A stretch of 64,000 nucleotides of DNA, from positions 630-64,629 of the forward strand of contig JAOZPU010000001.1 of assembly GCA_029932585.1 (NCBI GenBank), read 5' to 3'. How positions within the stretch are numbered: the stretch's first letter is position 1; the number at the start of each line of letters is the position of its first letter. This document shows positions 60,234 to 64,000 of this stretch, piece after piece. The position numbers and the translations under genes were made by a program. The notes under the pieces are model-generated. The model did not search any database, was not told the origin of the DNA, and saw only the letters and a program-made list of their open reading frames with translations. The DNA is from Spirochaetia bacterium. GTDB taxonomy: Bacteria > Spirochaetota > Spirochaetia > B11-G9.

Positions 60234-61267
60234 ATTTTCTCCAGCTCCTTTGTAAACATTGCAGCAGCCTGTGAAGAATCACCTTTCCCAACTATTTCAC
60301 CCTTTTTGAAAATTACGATATTGTCTCCTGAACCTGTAATTCCAAGATCAGCATGCCTGGCTTCTCCAGGACCATTTACAATACACCCCATAACTGCAAT
60401 TGAAACATTTTTTTTAATTTTTTGCAAATCCGCTTCTATAGACAAAAGAAATTCGTGAGTATTAAATGAAGCCCTACCACACCGCGGGCAGGAAACTATA
60501 TTTACACCCTGGGATTCTTTCCCCGATGACTTCAATATTTCTCTTGCTGCAAATACTTCATTTTGCATTGTGTCAGATAAGGAAACTCGAATAGTATCAC
60601 CAATTCCAGCTATAATTAGTTTATTTAAAGCAATTGAACTTTTTACAATTCCAGGGATTAGGGGACCTGCTTCAGTGACGCCCAAATGAAGAGGATAAGA
60701 ATATTTTTTTGAAAATATCTGATTGGCCATAACTGTACTATCTATATCGGATGATTTTAATGAAAAAACTACATCTTTAAAATTCAATTTTTCAAAAATA
60801 TTTAATTCCATCTCGGCAGCTTCAACCATAGCCTCTGGAAGATCAGTACGATTTCTTAGAGAAGAGGGTAAAGAACCACCATTAACACCTACCCTAATAG
60901 GAGTAGCCATATCTATTGCTGCTCTTATAACTTCTTCAACCTTCCAAGATGAACCAATATTTCCCGGGTTGATTCTTATTTTATGGACCCCCCCTTCAAT
61001 ACATTTTAAAGCAATTTTATAATCGAAATGGATATCGGCTACTAAAGGAATTAAACTTTTTTTTGAAATATCAGAAAGAATTACAGCATCATCCATATCG
61101 GGAACTGCAAAACGTACAATATCCGCTCCAATTTCATTTAACTCTTTAAGTTCAAGTAGAATTGGTTGAATATCTTTTGTTAATGGTGACTTCCACATTG
61201 TTTGAATAGCGATAGGAAAACCGCTACCTATTATCTGGTTGCCTATTTTAATAGATTTTGTTTTCAT
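60230..61267 (-). CDS. ispG: 4-hydroxy-3-methylbut-2-enyl diphosphate synthase (GcpE/IspG, MEP pathway).
   Basis: 345 aa with Cys ligands (CPRCGR, GCIVNGPGE). Confidence 0.9.
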   Translation of the reverse strand: MKTKSIKIGNQIIGSGFPIAIQTMWKSPLTKDIQPILLELKELNEIGADIVRFAVPDMDDAVILSDISKKSLIPLVADIHFDYKIALKCIEGGVHKIRINPGNIGSSWKVEEVIRAAIDMATPIRVGVNGGSLPSSLRNRTDLPEAMVEAAEMELNIFEKLNFKDVVFSLKSSDIDSTVMANQIFSKKYSYPLHLGVTEAGPLIPGIVKSSIALNKLIIAGIGDTIRVSLSDTMQNEVFAAREILKSSGKESQGVNIVSCPRCGRASFNTHEFLLSIEADLQKIKKNVSIAVMGCIVNGPGEARHADLGITGSGDNIVIFKKGEIVGKGDSSQAAAMFTKELEKI

Positions 61268-61325
61268 TTAAATTATATAATGAAGACGCAAAAAATATTC
61301 ACGCCTTCATTATAACAATACGCCC

Positions 61326-61751
61326 TTAAGCCATTGCTCCCATTAAAAATACCATAACAAACAGAGCTACAGTTTCAACAAGACCAAGTACCATTATATA
61401 GTTACCGAAACCTTTACCTGTTTCAGCAAGTGCATCAGAAGCAGCAGCTCCTGCCTTTCCCTGCATGTAAGCAGAAGCACCCATAGCAGCACCACCAAAT
61501 ATACCAGCACCAAGTACAAGCCAATCGGGTGAAGTTGAAGCCAAAAGTGTGTTCATTAGTATGTACCCGTAAATAGTCTGAGTCAGGGGAGCTCCAACAA
61601 ACGTAATTAGTGTAAAGGGAGCAGGTCTATTCTGTGCATAACACTTTTTCCATGCACCAATAGCTGACATACCAGCAGCACCTGCACCTAAAGCAGATCC
61701 AAAAGCCGCAAGAGCAATTGCTGCTCCAATTCCAAATAATCCAAAACTCAT
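61326..61751 (-). CDS. V-type ATPase proteolipid subunit K.
   Basis: 141 aa. It has two TM hairpins and is Gly/Ala-rich, with a conserved carboxylate in LVETVALF. Confidence 0.8.
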   Translation of the reverse strand: MSFGLFGIGAAIALAAFGSALGAGAAGMSAIGAWKKCYAQNRPAPFTLITFVGAPLTQTIYGYILMNTLLASTSPDWLVLGAGIFGGAAMGASAYMQGKAGAAASDALAETGKGFGNYIMVLGLVETVALFVMVFLMGAMA

Positions 61752-61774
61752 AACGTATCTCCTTGTTAATGTAA

Positions 61775-63601
61775 TTACTTATCTTTTTTATTTTTAAAGG
61801 GAATATAATTTTCCCCTGTCCATTCCATACCCAAATGTCCGGAAAACTCCAGAACATTCAATCTTACCCCATGTACTACAACTGATAACGCAGCCATTGC
61901 TAAATTCAATGCATGGCCAAAACCTAATATTAAAATGCTTCCTATAATACCGACAACACCTGTACCCATTCCTGCAGCCATTGAGTTAAAACTACTTGCA
62001 ACCGCAACAGTAGCTAAACCTACAGCAAAAAGGCGGATGTAAGATATTACATCAGAAAAAGCAGAAATTGAATCAAGAAAAGTAGGCATTAAACCAGCGA
62101 CACCTTTTAATAATCCCTTAAAAAAGTTACCTTCCTGTTCACTAAAAACAATAACAGCTATTAAACCTGCTAAAATCATATAAACTGCAACACTTGGCAT
62201 AGGAAAATCTTCTGCACTTAATACAAAGTTTAGTACAAGAAAATATAAACCAAGAACCATCGAGAGCCAACCCAATTGAGAAAAAGCCTTTATAACAGGT
62301 TTCTTTTTTAACATGGAAATAAAATTCCATATATGGGCAATACTAAGATGCACCGTTCCAATTATAAAAGTTAAATGTTTAATATACCGGGCATTAGGTT
62401 CAACACTAAAAGAAGCAATTTTATCAATTATAAGCATATTTAAAAAAGGAATTTTTGATATACCCACTGATCCAAACCATGTGCCGGTTATTGCACCCCA
62501 GATGATGGTAAGAACACTCATCTCTGCTAACAGAAAAACTGCATCAGGAACTGATCCTGTCTTCTTCTTTATTTTAGAGCCAACATAAATTGATATACCA
62601 AGAAAGATAGCTCCGTAACCACCATCCCCAATAATCATAGCAAAAAATATGCTAAAAAATATTAAAAAGAAAAAACTAATATCTTTTTCTCTGTATCCTG
62701 GAATTGTTCCAAGAAAATCAAAAACAGGCTGTATAATTCTAACAACCTTTGAATTTTTAATAAGTGTAGGGACATGATCATTTTCTTCAGGTTCCTGAAG
62801 CATAACGGCCCAGGAATTCCTGGCTGCTTCCTCCTTTATAAGATCACCCTTACCAGCAGGAATAAAACCTTGAAGATAAGTTAATGATCCGTCAACGGAA
62901 AGACCTGAATAAATATTTTCAAATTCAATCTCATCATCATAAGATGCAATTAATTTCTCTAAAGAAGGCTTTGCATCTGCTAAAATTAAAAGTTCATTAC
63001 TAATTTTATCTTTTGTTATTTTCTTTGTTGATAATAAAGTATTCAGCTCATCGAGTCCAACACTGGGAAGTTGCACCTCTTCAAACTGTTCCAGTTCATC
63101 AAATGAATCACTTATTACAGCATAATAACCTACTGATTTTACAGTTGCTATTTCAAACTTTGTAATATCTTCAGGAAGTTTCTTTATATCAGCTTTCTTA
63201 AATTCAAATAATTTAATATTAACACCATTCTCATTTAATAGAGTAATATCTGCAGGATTAAAATCTCCCCATATTGTTATTCTTTCAATTTCTTTCTGCG
63301 TATTTACAATACCATCATTAATATTTTTTAAATCTTCATTTAAACTGGTAATTCTTTTACTAATTTCCAGAGTTTCTTCTCTTCCATAAGAGACAGCTTT
63401 GGTTCCGTTCTTTTTAATATCTGGAAGATCAGACAGACTTTTTGAAACCAAATCACGTTGATTTTGCAGGTTAGATAACTTTTCTCCTGATCCTTTTATA
63501 TCTTCCAAATGAATAACACCCAAATCTTTTAGTTTAATAAGAGCATCATTTTTTTCCGAATTAAGGAGCAGTAAAAAGATTTTTTTCATTGGTACAATCA
63601 T
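61775..63601 (-). CDS. V-type ATPase subunit I (a-subunit homologue).
   Basis: 608 aa with an N-terminal soluble coiled-coil domain and a C-terminal multi-TM domain with a conserved Arg region. Confidence 0.8.
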   Translation of the reverse strand: MIVPMKKIFLLLLNSEKNDALIKLKDLGVIHLEDIKGSGEKLSNLQNQRDLVSKSLSDLPDIKKNGTKAVSYGREETLEISKRITSLNEDLKNINDGIVNTQKEIERITIWGDFNPADITLLNENGVNIKLFEFKKADIKKLPEDITKFEIATVKSVGYYAVISDSFDELEQFEEVQLPSVGLDELNTLLSTKKITKDKISNELLILADAKPSLEKLIASYDDEIEFENIYSGLSVDGSLTYLQGFIPAGKGDLIKEEAARNSWAVMLQEPEENDHVPTLIKNSKVVRIIQPVFDFLGTIPGYREKDISFFFLIFFSIFFAMIIGDGGYGAIFLGISIYVGSKIKKKTGSVPDAVFLLAEMSVLTIIWGAITGTWFGSVGISKIPFLNMLIIDKIASFSVEPNARYIKHLTFIIGTVHLSIAHIWNFISMLKKKPVIKAFSQLGWLSMVLGLYFLVLNFVLSAEDFPMPSVAVYMILAGLIAVIVFSEQEGNFFKGLLKGVAGLMPTFLDSISAFSDVISYIRLFAVGLATVAVASSFNSMAAGMGTGVVGIIGSILILGFGHALNLAMAALSVVVHGVRLNVLEFSGHLGMEWTGENYIPFKNKKDK

Positions 63602-63603
63602 TT

Positions 63604-64000
63604 TTACGACACCTTCACAATTTTATTCTTAGCCATCTTTCCACGGACAACTGCTGCTGTCTGCTGATCACCAAGGTAAATTTGTATTTTTCTGATATTT
63701 TCTTTTGTATCAGGTATTTTCACCTTCTCAAAAAGATTAACCCTTTGAGTTGTTACTCGTAATTCATTACCAAGTAGTTCTATTTGTTCTTTTAAAACCT
63801 CTATTTCAGCATCAAAAGCAGCCATATCCTTTATTGCACTAAGACCCTTATCAACCCAAAGAGGTAAATTAAAGAGATCGTACATGACAGTTTTAAAGGT
63901 TAATTCTCTGAAAACAGGAATATCAACACCAGCAATATTCCCAATATCTTTATCTATTGTTTTAATTTTTATAAGAGCTGATAAATCCAGTTTCTCACCA
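63604..64000 (-). CDS. V-type ATPase subunit D; C-terminal part only, the gene runs off the right edge.
   Basis: The C-terminal motif TTQRVNLFEKVKIP matches the subunit-D signature (RRVNALE..IP). I translated upstream of the annotated Met and the frame stays open to position 64000. Confidence 0.65.
   Translation of the reverse strand, partial: GEKLDLSALIKIKTIDKDIGNIAGVDIPVFRELTFKTVMYDLFNLPLWVDKGLSAIKDMAAFDAEIEVLKEQIELLGNELRVTTQRVNLFEKVKIPDTKENIRKIQIYLGDQQTAAVVRGKMAKNKIVKVS

Noticed and set aside
1-64000. CRISPR arrays, IS elements, integrases, toxin-antitoxin pairs or other defence islands
   Set aside because: No direct-repeat/spacer periodicity, no transposase or recombinase motifs, no small paired ORFs with toxin or antitoxin features. 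Gene content is core metabolism and envelope biogenesis.

Overview
This is a 64 kb AT-rich window (roughly 30% GC by eye) of dense chromosomal core sequence from an anaerobic diderm bacterium. I call about 50 protein-coding genes, one tRNA-Gly(GCC) and several rho-independent terminators. I see no transposase, integrase, CRISPR array or phage module. About 80% of coding sequence is on the minus strand, including a 30 kb unidirectional run from 64000 down to 33403. The gene content is mostly housekeeping: gap-pgk-tpi-secG, purA-guaA-nadE, ppdK, folD, miaB, mnmA, map, nusB, uvrA, ispG, phoH-ybeY-corC, lptD-like, and V-type ATPase subunits in D-I-K order. Conserved neighbourhoods point to a low-GC spirochete of the Treponema/Spirochaeta type. 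These are ppdK, a hypothetical gene, a ~679-aa CfpA-like protein and an exported vWA protein in one cluster; uvrA overlapping an LptD-like gene; the V-ATPase order; and spirochete-style lipoboxes. This assignment is inference from memory of Treponema gene order, not a database hit.

I found no clear novel system, only these regions worth a second look:
- A TetR-regulated MMPL / LolA-like / exported-protein operon with a perfect 9-bp palindromic operator candidate at the left edge.
- A reverse rubrerythrin divergent from a lone xanthine-dehydrogenase-family molybdopterin subunit that has no partner subunits nearby.
- A ~150-nt GC-rich, codon-atypical island at the annotated 5' end of the CfpA-like gene.
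- A T13 homopolymer in the divergent cfpA-like/vWA promoter region.
- A folD-LCP-miaB-SPOR operon, with a LytR-CpsA-Psr enzyme in a diderm.
- A 1631-aa surface protein with about 13 degenerate chitobiase-C-like (CHB_HEX_C) repeats and a C-terminal parallel beta-helix, translationally coupled to a small phosphoribosyltransferase gene.

Printed coordinates and ORF-track coordinates disagree by 1 nt in at least one place (near 1240), so sites I located myself may be off by 1.
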